64,000 nucleotides of DNA from contig NC_027218.1 in the NCBI RefSeq assembly GCF_000981445.1, forward strand, positions 3,348,001-3,412,000, in the 5' to 3' direction. This stretch comes from Babesia bigemina. Lineage: Eukaryota. A program made the position numbers and the translations under genes. A model generated the notes under the pieces. That model worked only from the letters and a program-made list of their open reading frames with translations. It did no database searches and had not been told where the DNA came from. This document shows positions 10,023 to 21,470 of this stretch, piece after piece; position 1 is the first letter of the stretch, and every line of letters starts with the position of its first letter.

Positions 10023-11912
10023 ACTCATCAACACGCACCGCAGCAAGGGCACTGACCGTCTCCCATCGGCGCTACGGTAGCAGCAAGATGATGGCCATAC
10101 AGTGCACCGCCACTCACATCACAACTATGCAGCTATTACAACTGAAGTACAACCAAGCTAAAGCATGTTGATACCATCCAGGCCGTGGCATGCAGGTTAA
10201 CCAGTGCCAGATGGGCAGCCAACTGCATCCATCACAGACCGTATAAAGTTGCTGCCGCCGCTTATGAATATCATCACATTTGTGACATGAGTGCCTATGT
10301 GAGGCACATTGATTGGTTAATACGTTCCTCATGTTCGCCGTTACGATCCATGCAACGCAGCCACGCTGTCCACTGGCCATCACGTGGAACACGAAACCAG
10401 GCAATTATGACTTGCTGAACGACCATCGCGCCCGGCAGGGTGGACGTCATCACGGATTGGACGACTAATCTACGTCATCAGCACGACATGAAGGTCGCAA
10501 CTAGTAACGACAGTGTGGGATAGGCCCGTGAAACCGGGAGCTTGCGCTATACACGTAACCAGATAACACACGTTGGAATGAGAGAACATGATAATAACAT
10601 TAAAGCTACAGTTTCGACCCTCTCTACTGCCGATGATTAGGCATACGAAGGTTCCGCATATACATATCACAGTAACGCTATTTGAACGATTACCGAACTA
10701 GTGAGAATGGTCGAAAATAAGTATAAAGAATTTGTAGACAAAGCAGTTCGAAACTTTCATGAAGCCATCGAGCGACGCACGATTTCCATTAACAAGCGCG
10801 GAAAAATTCGGTTTACAGATGAAAGTGCAGTAAATAGATACACAGAATTAGAATTGCAAATTTCATGCGATAAACCTTTGCAACAGCTGCTACAGACAGT
10901 AAAGGAGAATGCTACACTCGAGAAAGATTTCGTTTCTCGATTGACGTATTTCTATAATTCTCTGTACCTCTTTCGCGGCACTTCTCGGACATTGATTGAA
11001 TCCACGAGAATGTGTTATTAGTGTTTTAAGCAGGCTGCAGCATGTTGCGAGAATGCGTGCGTACGTTCTAATCGGGGTGTCAAGCATATCGGAGCGAATT
11101 CCAAATGGAAGGTTACGGAAGCTTTCAACAGCACTGCCACGAAGATACAGGAGCATTACGCAACTGTAAAAGAATCCGGCTTTGAGTCTGGGAACAACTG
11201 TATTGAAGACAAGTCTGGAGAGAGTAACGCAACGATGGTAGTGGAATTGTAATCAAGCGTAAAAGGCCTCTTACGGACGATGAATAATGAAATTAATATA
11301 TTCCATGCATTAGCAAGCGAAAAAGACGCATCGCAACTAAGTGCCGCATACGAAATATTCAAGCAATATCTTAACGACATCCACGACTACATTAATAACG
11401 AAATAGATACAAAATAATATCCCATTCGACTCCTCCCCTACCTCCGTCTTTAGGTTGGCCTTCTCGACGTTCTCCCCGTCCATCATTTTGACCAGAGGTT
11501 TACCAAAAATCCCGATAAATTCTGAGACCACGCGGGTCAGATGCTTCCCACATCCCTTTCAGAGCCGTCCAACCAGTTGGCCGAAACGCCAAGAAAGGGG
11601 TCGATTGCGTTAGGAGGTGAACTGGGGATGGGTTACGTAAACAAATATTCGGGAGAAGCATTCACGGATAATTCGGTTGGTATTGATTTAAAATTTTAAA
11701 ATGCTCATGCTGAATCGGCAGATAAATTTACTGGGTACGGTCATAAATGTGCCAGAGCTCTCCTCACCTTTATAACAATACTTTGTGGAGTTGGAATCTC
11801 CTGTGATTTTAGGGAAACATTTGCGAAACGTGATTTTTCAAGTTAATCCCAGTCAGGAATAATTTCCGATGTCACTGGGGTGGTGTATTGACGGTCAAAA
11901 GTGCGGATTTAA

Positions 11913-14900
11913 AGCGGCAACATCGCGAGGCGAAACGCGGCCACACAGGCGCGCTGGTTAGACGACCAAGGTACCAATGGAGAACTAACAAAATGTGTAG
12001 CTAATCAGACGAGTCCATGAGGGTAAAAAAATCTTATGGCTATTGACGTGGGTATCCCGACGGGATTGATATCTATGCTTCGCTTGCCACCGTGGGGTGC
12101 AGAGAGCTTCGGCAGGCCAAACGGCGGCGTTAATCCAGAAAACCGGTACAATGCAGTGTTTAGGGCCGTAAAAGTAAACCCACAAATTTGAAGGGGGCCG
12201 GCCGTGGCGGCGAAAGCCGGCCAATTCCGCAGGCAAGCCGGAAACGACACCAGCCCGGAACCACTCCGGCTGTGCAGGGCGCTGGAAACAAAGCGCGGAA
12301 CGGCGGTCCCCAGGGCCAAAAGGGTAACACCCGGAAGGCCAAAAAGAGAGGAAACACGGCTCAAACGCCGCCTGTCGCAGTCTGCAACGCCGGGCCGAGT
12401 TCCTCGGAACGCGCACCCGTGTGTGTGCAGACACTGTCTACCCTGCAGCCACCGGCAGGGGAGGCTGTCGGAAACGGTGGCAGCCGCTCTCCGACCGTGT
12501 ATTCCATATCGTCTGATGACTTTATGGATGTGGACGAAGAGGAACCTGAGCAAGTCGGGCCTGTGAGAGAATCAAACAACAGTATAGCACCGGGCACCGC
12601 CAGTGAGGTGGCGCTCACTGAGACGGCTGCGTTGCCGAGGGCACCCGAAGGGCACGCCCCGCAGGCTGAACGGGCCGGGAACACGCCACGAATGCCGCCG
12701 CATTACGCTAGGCTAAATGCCAAGCTACAGTTCCTGCACTGTGTCATGCGTCAGATCGATGGACCATGGTGTCATTGGGTACCGGACGTCTACAAGGCAG
12801 TAGTGACGAAGTATCAGAGGATGCCACGAGGAGGATGGAAGGTCCTCGCGGAATATGCCAACGAGCATTTCGAATTCCACAAGACCCACAAGGAGGTGGA
12901 GCAGATGGCAAGACAGGTAGTCGCCAAAGCAGCGCGGAGCCAACCGACGGACGTTGGAGAAATAGCATCGCTGCACGACGTCGACTCATACAACGCCCTG
13001 CAGGAGGAATTCGACCGGATCATGGCACAGAGGTTGAGGGAGCCTGGTGTTATTAGAACAGTAAAGAACAAAAGAAACACCATGGACTCCCTCGACTTCA
13101 CGGCGATAAGGTCGCTGGATCTAGTGGTCCACAACTACGTGAAGCACAACCCAGTCACTGACATGGGGATGCTAGCCATCTTGTATCAAACGGCACAGGA
13201 CTGCTACGACAAGTACAGCGCGAAACCATCGTCGTCCTCGGGAAAGAAGGAGGCAGCTGAGAGGAGGATCAAGGAGCTGGAGGAGATAGGAGCATTACTT
13301 CTGAAATACAAGCAGAAGGTCCCCCTGGAGAAGGAGGATAGGAAACGCGTTTATCGCCAAATGGACAAGTACAACATGATCGCGGACAAGCCGCAGGAAC
13401 TGTCATACGTGATCAGCAGGACCCAAGAGGAGCTCCAAAAGGAGCAGGACAAACTCAAGAACGCCAAGTTCAAGCAGGAGTTGTACAACCATAACCGCAT
13501 GTTCGAGCTTTACACGGGACACTTCTACAGGACACTGGAGAATCAGCAGGACGCGGACGAGTCGGCTATAAACGAGGGGATGATGATAGAGTACTGGGCG
13601 CAAATGTGGGTGAAGCCAAACGCACCGCACAACGGTGAAGGATACCTGGTCGAAAGACCACCGGCAGAGAACATGGCAGGCTTTCCCACATACGAGGAAT
13701 TCGTCACGATCGTCAAGAAATTGCGAGACTGGAAGTCGCCCGGTGCGGATGGGATCTACAACTACTACATTAAATGGCTCACGTCCCTTCACAGAGTCAT
13801 TTATAGGCTAGTAGAGGAGGCATGCACGCAAGGCAAAGTGCAGGACGACTGGTTCTACTGTGGGATCACGTACCTACTACCGAAGAACAAGAAACCAAAG
13901 TCCGCCGCACAGTACAGGCCGATCACTTGCATGTCCAACCTATACAAGCTAACTACCCGTTGTGCCACGGAGACGCTTAAGCGAGAAGTCGATGGCAGGG
14001 GACTACGGTCCGAGAACCAGATGGGCACGAGGAGCAACGTACAGGGTGCAAAGGAGCACGCGTTAGCGAACATCGCGCTCAACGAGAAGCACAAGGGGAA
14101 GTTACTTGCAACGTGGGTCGACGTCATGAAGGCGTACGACTCAATCGACCACGCGTACCTGGCGAGGGTTATCGACAACCTTAACCTACCAGGGTGGTTA
14201 TCAAACTTCATCAAGCAGACGACCAAGAGGTGGAATATAGAGATACGGTGGAACAAGAACACAATCATGCACAAGAAAGTAGAGAGGGGCATTCTCCAAG
14301 GCGACAGCCTATCGCCCCTTCTCTTCGTGCTGTGCTTGGACCCGCTGAGCAGGCACCTGACTCGCATCTTCCCCAAGGTGGAGCTAAGCGTGCCTGGCGG
14401 CAGGATCTTCGCCACAAACCACTTTCTCTATATTGACGACCTCAAGTTCTTCGCCCACGAGGAAAGTACGATGAGAGGAATGGGCCGAGAAGTGGAGAAG
14501 TTCTTCAACGACATAGGACTCAGGATCAACCGCGACAAGTCGGCAACCAACACGGAGGCGTGCGTGAGCATCGCCAAGCAGATGGAAGGTCCGGAGACGT
14601 ACAAGTACTTGGGAGTCACAGAGACTTCAAACTCACTTACAAGCGACGGAATGTTCGACATAATACTACAGGAGATATGCAGGAGAACGGAGCTACTGGC
14701 TGCGTCAAAGCTGTCGGGGAAAAACCTCTCGATGGCCATCAACCAGTACGCCCTCAGCGTCATCAACTACTACATCGGCGTGATCCCCATGGACATCACG
14801 CATTTCGACAAGATCGACCTGGCAGTACGGAGAATAATTAACGCGAAGCACGGACACAAGAAGTGGGCGAACACACAGAGGCTCTACCTCCCCCGGAAAG

Positions 14901-16107
14901 AGATGGGGAGAGGGCTCCACAGCATGGTATTCAGAGCGGAAGCCATGCTGCTACGACTGTGGTTGACGTTTTCAGCAGACGAGGTGACGTCAACCAGGAG
15001 GGCTGCGATCATGCAGCATTTTCGCGACACATACGCGCACATATCTCATATCAAGATGCACCTGGAAGGGAGATATGGAATGGAATTCGGAGTGGAGGAC
15101 ACGACGGACAAGAGCCTCAGGGACCTCAGGGTGGCCCAAAACAAATGGCTGTACAACAGAATGCACGTAAAATCAACTCATAAGGTTCTGTATGCCAAGC
15201 GTGAGGACCCCAAGCTGGACATCGAGGCGTCGTCATTGTACCTGACGTGTGGAATACTCACCCCGGAAGAAGAAGCGAAGGTAGCAGAAGTCCAGGACAG
15301 GAATCTGCAATGGATGACTTCGTCCAAGAAATGCTCAAGATGCAACAACGGCAAGAACGTGGACCACCTCGCGACGAAGTGCCCGAAACTACTACACCTA
15401 GAATATACGAAGAGGCACAACGAGGTAGCAAAACGGGTCCACTCAGTACTCGGGAGGCAAATAGGACTACCCAAGGAGAAGATAGACGCCCACAAGATCG
15501 AGAGTGAAGTGCATGGAAAATACGGATGGATCGCGTACGACAAGACGGTCAAGACTCAGAAGACTAAGGAATACAACAGGCCAGACATCATCCTGGCGGA
15601 TCGGCGGAGGAACACCATATCCATCGTAGAGGTAGGAATCAGCAATCACGACAACCTAGTGGATATGGAGAAGTTCAAGAAGCAGAAGTATGAAGACCTT
15701 ATCGAAGACTTCAAAGCGCGACAGTTTAACCAGCAAACCAAGATCAGGGTTATCCCCTACGTTATGACGTGGGAGGGAATAGTGACAAAGGAGCACAGCA
15801 AGTACAGACGGGACCTGGGCATATCGGATCGCATGGAAGCCCACATACAAAGGGTAGTGATCCAAGAAACACATAAAATAGTGATGAGGGACATGAGACC
15901 GAGAGAAGACTACGATTCCGTAGAAGACCCTCAGGTCCAAACTGGATGGATGCCCGCATGGATGGCACCAGTGACGATCGGCAATGGACAGACTCGGAAC
16001 CCGCAGCCGGTGCCAGCGTGAGGCGTTAGCCCCGCAAACACGAAAACCGGCCCTATGCAAGTAGCCACATAGGGCACTATAAGATGAGATAACTTAATTT
16101 AATTTAA
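11913..16107 (+). mobile_element. Non-LTR retrotransposon, RLE type (R4/Dong-like), apparently full length
   Basis: Single RT-RLE ORF, 3' UTR hairpin, (TTTAA)n tail ending at 16107, ATTTAA at 11907-11912 and 16102-16107, and a visible shift to GC-richer sequence from 11913. Confidence 0.9.
12188..16021 (+). CDS. Reverse transcriptase - CCHC zinc knuckle - restriction-like endonuclease polyprotein
   Basis: RT motifs WKSPGADG, YRPITC, WVDVMKAYDS, GILQGDSLSPLLF, YIDD, YKYLG, RLYLPRKEMGRGL. CSRC..HLATKC knuckle. RHN and RPDI..VEV..K.KY (PD-D/ExK) endonuclease. No internal stops. First in-frame ATG at 12524. Confidence 0.95.
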   Translation: MKGAGRGGESRPIPQASRKRHQPGTTPAVQGAGNKARNGGPQGQKGNTRKAKKRGNTAQTPPVAVCNAGPSSSERAPVCVQTLSTLQPPAGEAVGNGGSRSPTVYSISSDDFMDVDEEEPEQVGPVRESNNSIAPGTASEVALTETAALPRAPEGHAPQAERAGNTPRMPPHYARLNAKLQFLHCVMRQIDGPWCHWVPDVYKAVVTKYQRMPRGGWKVLAEYANEHFEFHKTHKEVEQMARQVVAKAARSQPTDVGEIASLHDVDSYNALQEEFDRIMAQRLREPGVIRTVKNKRNTMDSLDFTAIRSLDLVVHNYVKHNPVTDMGMLAILYQTAQDCYDKYSAKPSSSSGKKEAAERRIKELEEIGALLLKYKQKVPLEKEDRKRVYRQMDKYNMIADKPQELSYVISRTQEELQKEQDKLKNAKFKQELYNHNRMFELYTGHFYRTLENQQDADESAINEGMMIEYWAQMWVKPNAPHNGEGYLVERPPAENMAGFPTYEEFVTIVKKLRDWKSPGADGIYNYYIKWLTSLHRVIYRLVEEACTQGKVQDDWFYCGITYLLPKNKKPKSAAQYRPITCMSNLYKLTTRCATETLKREVDGRGLRSENQMGTRSNVQGAKEHALANIALNEKHKGKLLATWVDVMKAYDSIDHAYLARVIDNLNLPGWLSNFIKQTTKRWNIEIRWNKNTIMHKKVERGILQGDSLSPLLFVLCLDPLSRHLTRIFPKVELSVPGGRIFATNHFLYIDDLKFFAHEESTMRGMGREVEKFFNDIGLRINRDKSATNTEACVSIAKQMEGPETYKYLGVTETSNSLTSDGMFDIILQEICRRTELLAASKLSGKNLSMAINQYALSVINYYIGVIPMDITHFDKIDLAVRRIINAKHGHKKWANTQRLYLPRKEMGRGLHSMVFRAEAMLLRLWLTFSADEVTSTRRAAIMQHFRDTYAHISHIKMHLEGRYGMEFGVEDTTDKSLRDLRVAQNKWLYNRMHVKSTHKVLYAKREDPKLDIEASSLYLTCGILTPEEEAKVAEVQDRNLQWMTSSKKCSRCNNGKNVDHLATKCPKLLHLEYTKRHNEVAKRVHSVLGRQIGLPKEKIDAHKIESEVHGKYGWIAYDKTVKTQKTKEYNRPDIILADRRRNTISIVEVGISNHDNLVDMEKFKKQKYEDLIEDFKARQFNQQTKIRVIPYVMTWEGIVTKEHSKYRRDLGISDRMEAHIQRVVIQETHKIVMRDMRPREDYDSVEDPQVQTGWMPAWMAPVTIGNGQTRNPQPVPA

Positions 16108-19100
16108 GCAGTAAACCGAACGTTTTGAAAACGGGTGTGCCGCAGCAGTGGACTCTTAAATTACAGACATTCAACCAGCTTGAAAGTAAGCTGATACGGC
16201 TCAAAGAAATTTTGGATGGTAATCAATGTGGCGCCGAGACCGTGCTTACCAATGCCAGGGCGGTAGAGCCAACTGCCACCAAAACCGAAGTCACTAAAAC
16301 TGACAGTGGAGATTCGAGTACGAAATCTGACGGAACTCCAAACCAGGGCAAGAAAGTGGAGGGAGCACAGAACCAGGGCAAGAAGGCGGAGGGAGCGCAG
16401 AACCAAGGCAAGAAAGCGGAGGGAGGGCAAAATCAAAATAACGGTCATAGTGAAGAAAAGCCTGGGAGTTCACTAGTTGCGCAGACACCACAAACTCATA
16501 CTTCAAGTGTTCAAAATCCAGACCCTGGATCATCTGGTGCCCCTAGTACCGGTGGTGGTCAGGGCCCGGGTGGTCAGGGTAAGGGATCACAGGATACAGA
16601 TGTTTCAAGTAAACAGCCTGCTGCCCCTTCACAGCCTGTACAACCTTCAAAACCAGGTGGTACATCTCCAGGCCCTGGGTCACCTGGTGTTACTAGTACC
16701 GGTGGTGGTAAGGGCCCAGTTGGGTCGGCGGGTTCATCTGGGTCTGGTCAACCAGGTGGTAATGGGCAGGGTTCAACGGGCGGTGGTAATCCGGTTCGGG
16801 AGCCTGTTGCTACTCAAGCCCCTGCAAAACTGCAGACACCAACTGCTCAATCTCCAGGCGCTTCGTCACCTGGTGTCTCTGGTTCCAGCAGTGGCACGGT
16901 CAAGAGTGACCAGGCGACCACTCCTGGCACCACTCAACAAAGTAATCAAAATACATCGCATACTTCTACAGCCGCTACTACTACGGTATTCTCTGGTTCG
17001 TCGTCTGGTGCGGGTGGCGGTGGAGCTGGAGGGGGTGGCGGGGATGCCAAAGCGGACGCGGAAGCCGAATGCAGCAAAGAGTTAAAAACTGGATGTAAGG
17101 CTCTCATAGAAAAGATTACGAAAACATATGAACAGAAAAAAGAAAAAAAATGATAATGATGCAAAAAAATGGCAAGAAAGATGGGATGAACTGCAGGAAG
17201 AGAATTACAAAAAAATACAGCAAAAAAAGTTTAACCAACACAGATTGCGTGATCAACATAGAACTCGTGGCGCGTCTGCCCTGTCTAATCAAGATGGCCT
17301 TTTTGCTCCCGTACCTTACCCTCAGCCTACCAATATCCGACCTAGTCATAGGCGCACGTTTTATGAACCAGGAATGGAGAGACGCAAGCAGAGTGGTGGG
17401 AGTGTACATCATAATGCCGTTGAGGATCCACCTGTGTTTTGGATGGACGGAAAGCCCGTACAAGCTTACTACGAGAAAAAATTGCAGGAAGCCAAAGATC
17501 GTATGGCGCCACGATACAAGGTCTATGAAGAGTTACGCGAGTCACGGGGACGACAGGATATCGACGAAGAGGATAAATTGAGAAGTGAATTCGACCAGAA
17601 ACAAAAAGAGGCGGAAGAGAGATGGGAAAAGGAGCAAAACGAAGAAGGAAAGCGTGCAAAAAAGTATGATGACGATGTAGATAGGATAGAAAAAGTGTTA
17701 GAACAAGGCAAAATATAGTCGGCCCAGAAAAAGGTGGAAGAGCAAAGAAGGATAGAGGCCGAACGTAAATACCAGGAAGCCTATGAACGTTGGATGCAAT
17801 CACAGGAAAAAGCCTATAATGACTATGCCAATTCGTTTGATGGGTATCCTATCGAGGAATCGCGTGGGGAAAAGCACATTATGTATGACGGTGGAGTGCA
17901 TCCTGACGTAGGCGGTTACGTTGTGCCCTACAAATGTGAGGTGAATGAGAGCGAAATGAAGGAATCCGAACTACATAATACGTTGTTAAGGAAGCGCCAG
18001 GAGCTTCACGAAAAACACAACTCTGAAGATGAAAAACTTAAAAAAACGTTGGAAGAAGGAGAACAGAGGCGAAAAGATGCTGAAGAATGGGCTAACAAAA
18101 TAGATGACATATTACAACGCGAAAAGAGCCAGGTGGATATGGTGCAGTCAATGGGCGATGTCTTAGGCGAAGTTGAGTACATCCAACCAATTCCCAAGAC
18201 ATACGTCCCACTAGGTTGGATCGGCAATTACGTCTCCCGAATCCCTAAACCGATACCACCAGTCATCGAAACGTTCCCTCATGAGTACAACCCCGTTAAC
18301 CCTACTCATAACGAGTCTAACGTCACGACTAATTTATCAGATACAACATCATTACCCGAAATTGACTTATCCATCAAGGTATTCAACCCTGTACCGTCTC
18401 AGACTTTCAATGATTATGATTACAAGCAGAGCATCCCTAAGCAAGCCGCTCCCAAGGTTGCAGATTTGGATGATTTTTCGCTAAAGGATGCAGACCGCGC
18501 AGCCATTAATATTCCCATGGCCGTATTCCCCGACCAATCTCCGGATGACATCAATGAATACGTCTGCCAAAATCCCTGGTATGTTTCCCCTTTTTCCACC
18601 TCTGTCACCTCTCCTCCTACCACCCCAGTCCCAGTCACCGACCATCTGCCCACGCCCCAAACCGTCCGGGAAATGCTCTACTGGTTTGTTGGATTGAATC
18701 AATATGGGCTTATTGGGAAGATTAAGGACTATGTTGAAAGCATCCTTGTTGAATGTAACAGAGATGCCATCGAGGTCACCGGGGATTCCGACCAGCTGAC
18801 CGCCTCCATGGTCACCGATAAACTGACTGAGACGTGCCTCTACTCGGCCACCGTTATCTACAAGATTAAGTATAAAGACATCTCAGATGTTTTCAAAGAC
18901 TTTTTCAATGATCCCGACAAGTATGCTTTTTATTATTCCTCTGAAACCGCCGGGCTCCTCTGCCAGCTGCGTGACTACGTCTATGCCTGCCACTACCAAT
19001 TGCAGTTCCTGAAGGCGCAGTGTGAGAGGGATAAACTAAGTGGTGGTTGGCGGGATTGCCACTACGGCAGTGACATCACTGCTTCCGAGTACCCCCTCCA

Positions 19101-19572
19101 GGCGTTCCTGACTGACGGCTGGGACTCGGACTTCGAGACGCACCTCTTCGACCCGTGCAATCTGTGCCACAAGAGCAGGGTCAGGATGGAATTTAAGAAA
19201 GTGGATTTGCCTATGATATCGCAACTGGGGAGTGTCATTTCCACCATCCTCTCTCCCAGCTGCGGCGGTGAGGAGCATGGCGCTCTAGTAAACACAGTAT
19301 TGTGATTTTAGCCATATATGGGATTTCGTTACCCTGTCGGACATCGTGTTACCTTTGTGATCATGTATCCTAGGGTGTGATGTGCATTATCGTGGTGTCC
19401 GACTAATGTATGAAGCAGCGCTAGATGCATCATACGGCGAATGATTACCTGACGTGCTACAGGTAGTGAAATTCAGCAAAACCGTGTTATGCATTAATTA
19501 GCATCATAAAATTGAGATCGGATGCGACATGGCTACACTTCGGCTATGTGAGCTGGGTGAGACTATGAGATA

Positions 19573-19752
19573 TTATTGTAGTTTAGGCTTGGAATCACGG
19601 AATCCATCACGTATTCTTGCGAAAAATTCTCCAAGGCTTACGTTATACACTTGATCCATGATGTAAATGACCAATACAGGTAGAGCGATTATTAGAATAG
19701 CGCCAGATACAGCGATGCCTGCAGCTTATCCCGGTTCAAGTTCATCCCCCAT
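19573..19752 (-). pseudogene. Paralog of small TM ORF 7811..8014 with premature stop
   Basis: MGDELEPG*AAGIAVSGAILIIALPVLVIYIMDQVYNVSLGEFFARIRDGFRDSKPKLQ*, with TAA at 19726-19728. Confidence 0.7.
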
Positions 19753-20348
19753 CTTGTTTAAAAACTACTCTACAACCCCCCCCCTGCACAGCAACGAAAT
19801 ACGTACCTCCAACCTCGAACACCTTCGGCCAACCGACAAGATGTAATGAGTATACCAGCACACCTGGCATCCCATCCACCTTTTGCTGGGGCAACCGTAA
19901 TTCTAGACCTCACAACGCTGACATATCATGGACGTACCCTCCCACATGCATTCATAATACATTTCGATTGTGATGTAACTACGCTGCAACTAACAATGCA
20001 CTATCCACGCAAGGCGCCATGTCTACGGTACATCTGCTTTGTTCTACCCTGGGTATTGTGATATGTCACCAGCTGACCTAAATTGCGTGTTTGATGTTTC
20101 TGATCGGCACAATGCTTCCACTGAGCACGCCGCTATACAGCACCATCGTAGTCACATGCCACTTGCCAACTCAAGATGGCCCATCGCGTCACATGGTGCA
20201 TCTCTAATCAGGTGACGGACTGAACTACCACTAGATCAGTTCCACCTTTCTTTTGCGATTAGGTCACCAACCCTAACGAATTGACTAACACGATGCCATA
20301 TCAGCAGATTTGCATGAACTAAAGGCTTGCTGGTTAGGTGAGGCTATA

Positions 20349-20552
20349 CTAGTGTAGAGAGATAGGCGGTGCTTGAGGTGCAGGTTTGGCAGCCGTTCTG
20401 AAACATTTATTGCAAGCACAATCTTCTGGGTTTTGACGACGCATAAGCCACAAGCCATCAAGCAATATGAAAATAATGACAAGTATGATGAGGGCGACGG
20501 GGACGATGATGTAAGGGAGGGGGGAGGGAGAAGTAGTCACCTCACTGCTCAT
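20349..20552 (-). other. Orphan TM + tail cassette (type-A TM start fused to type-C tail)
   Basis: PYIIVPVALIILVIIFILLDGLWLMRRQNPEDCACNKC..., preceded by the conserved linker. Confidence 0.55.
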
Positions 20553-20664
20553 GTGATTGGTCATCAACGCAATCATTACTCTGTCTATAGCATTAGATGT
20601 CAGTTGCCAGTTAGGTGATCAGTGGGATTTGGATTACGATGTTTGCGCTTACAAATTGTCGAGA

Positions 20665-21219
20665 TCAGCTGTAGAACGCGATGCAGAAGGGTATCTTGCG
20701 TACGAGGAAATCGCGGATGTTGCGGCCCACCGGAAAGCGGAAGATGCACAGGTCGAGCAAAATGATGGCGACAATGATGGCAACGATGACGGCGGCGATG
20801 GTGTTGGGGTCAGGGGAAAAAGGTGTGGAGGCTTCTGCATTAGGGTCGCCGGTTGAAGGCTGTACCTCAGAAGGATCGGACAAACGCGGTTCACTGACGG
20901 ACTCAGAGTGAAAATCGGGGGAAGAAACGGGAGGGTGTGGAGCGGGGGGAGAAGGGGCTTTGCAGACGGGATCATCCTCTTGACATTTCTTTCTGCAACA
21001 TTTACATTGACATTCGTAAATATTAGTGCAATTTGTTTTTCCGGCGTTGCATCCGTTACGATTGCATTGGTTCTTAAGCCGGTTCAGACGGGAATTTGCG
21101 TCACATACATAGCAACTGCTAAAAATGCCTTTATTACATTCAACGCAACACCATGGACAGCAGACACAATGCGCATATATACATTTCGTAAGACAATTAC
21201 AAGGGTCACCATAACCCAT
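20665..21219 (-). CDS. Small Cys-rich single-TM protein, tail type B
   Basis: Cys-rich domain, Pro/Ser stalk, TM IAAVIVAIIVAIILLDLCIF, tail RFPVGRNIRDFLVRKIPFCIAFYS. Confidence 0.8.
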   Translation of the reverse strand: MGYGDPCNCLTKCIYAHCVCCPWCCVECNKGIFSSCYVCDANSRLNRLKNQCNRNGCNAGKTNCTNIYECQCKCCRKKCQEDDPVCKAPSPPAPHPPVSSPDFHSESVSEPRLSDPSEVQPSTGDPNAEASTPFSPDPNTIAAVIVAIIVAIILLDLCIFRFPVGRNIRDFLVRKIPFCIAFYS

Positions 21220-21227
21220 CTTCGCTT

Positions 21228-21470
21228 CTCCCTCCCAGTCCCCTCAAACTGCAAACATATCAAACACTCAAGCAGCACTCACCAACTGCAACACTACCAC
21301 TGCCGCTCCCAGTCCCCTCAACCTGCAAACATATCAATCACTCAAGCAGCACTCACCTACTGCAGCACGTACCACTGCCGCTCCCAGTCCCCTCAGCCTG
21401 CAAACATATCAATCACCTAGCAAGCACTCACCAACTACAACACGTACCACTGCCGCTCCACTCCCCTCAT
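21228..21470 (-). repeat. 75/76-bp intron + mini-exon array (3 putative introns)
   Basis: Same unit as 9360-10022. Confidence 0.85.

Larger units (their letters stand above)
10707..19305 (+). pseudogene. Disrupted paralog of 2930..7558, split by a retrotransposon
   Basis: The 16125-19305 part shares KSDGTPNQGKKVEGAQNQGKKAEG and the whole C-terminal domain (TVREMLYW...PSCGGE) with 2930..7558. Frameshift in the A-run near 17140-17150 and in-frame TAG at 17716-17718. The 5' part (10707-11912) is broken by stops and frameshifts and is only weakly recognisable, so its assignment is less certain. Confidence 0.75.

Noticed and set aside
11913..12100. Self-cleaving ribozyme (HDV-like or hammerhead) in the retroelement 5' UTR
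   Set aside because: Small hairpins and a CAGACGA-GTCC segment exist, but I could not build a canonical core by eye. An Infernal/RNArobo search would be needed.
11985..15968. Minus-strand and alternate-frame ORFs over the RT gene
   Set aside because: Shadow ORFs of a GC-rich coding region with no recognisable motifs.
12188..16021. Telomerase, group II intron, retron or DGR reverse transcriptase
   Set aside because: The C-terminal CCHC + PD-D/ExK endonuclease, tail and target duplication identify a non-LTR retrotransposon. No template/variable repeat pair was seen.
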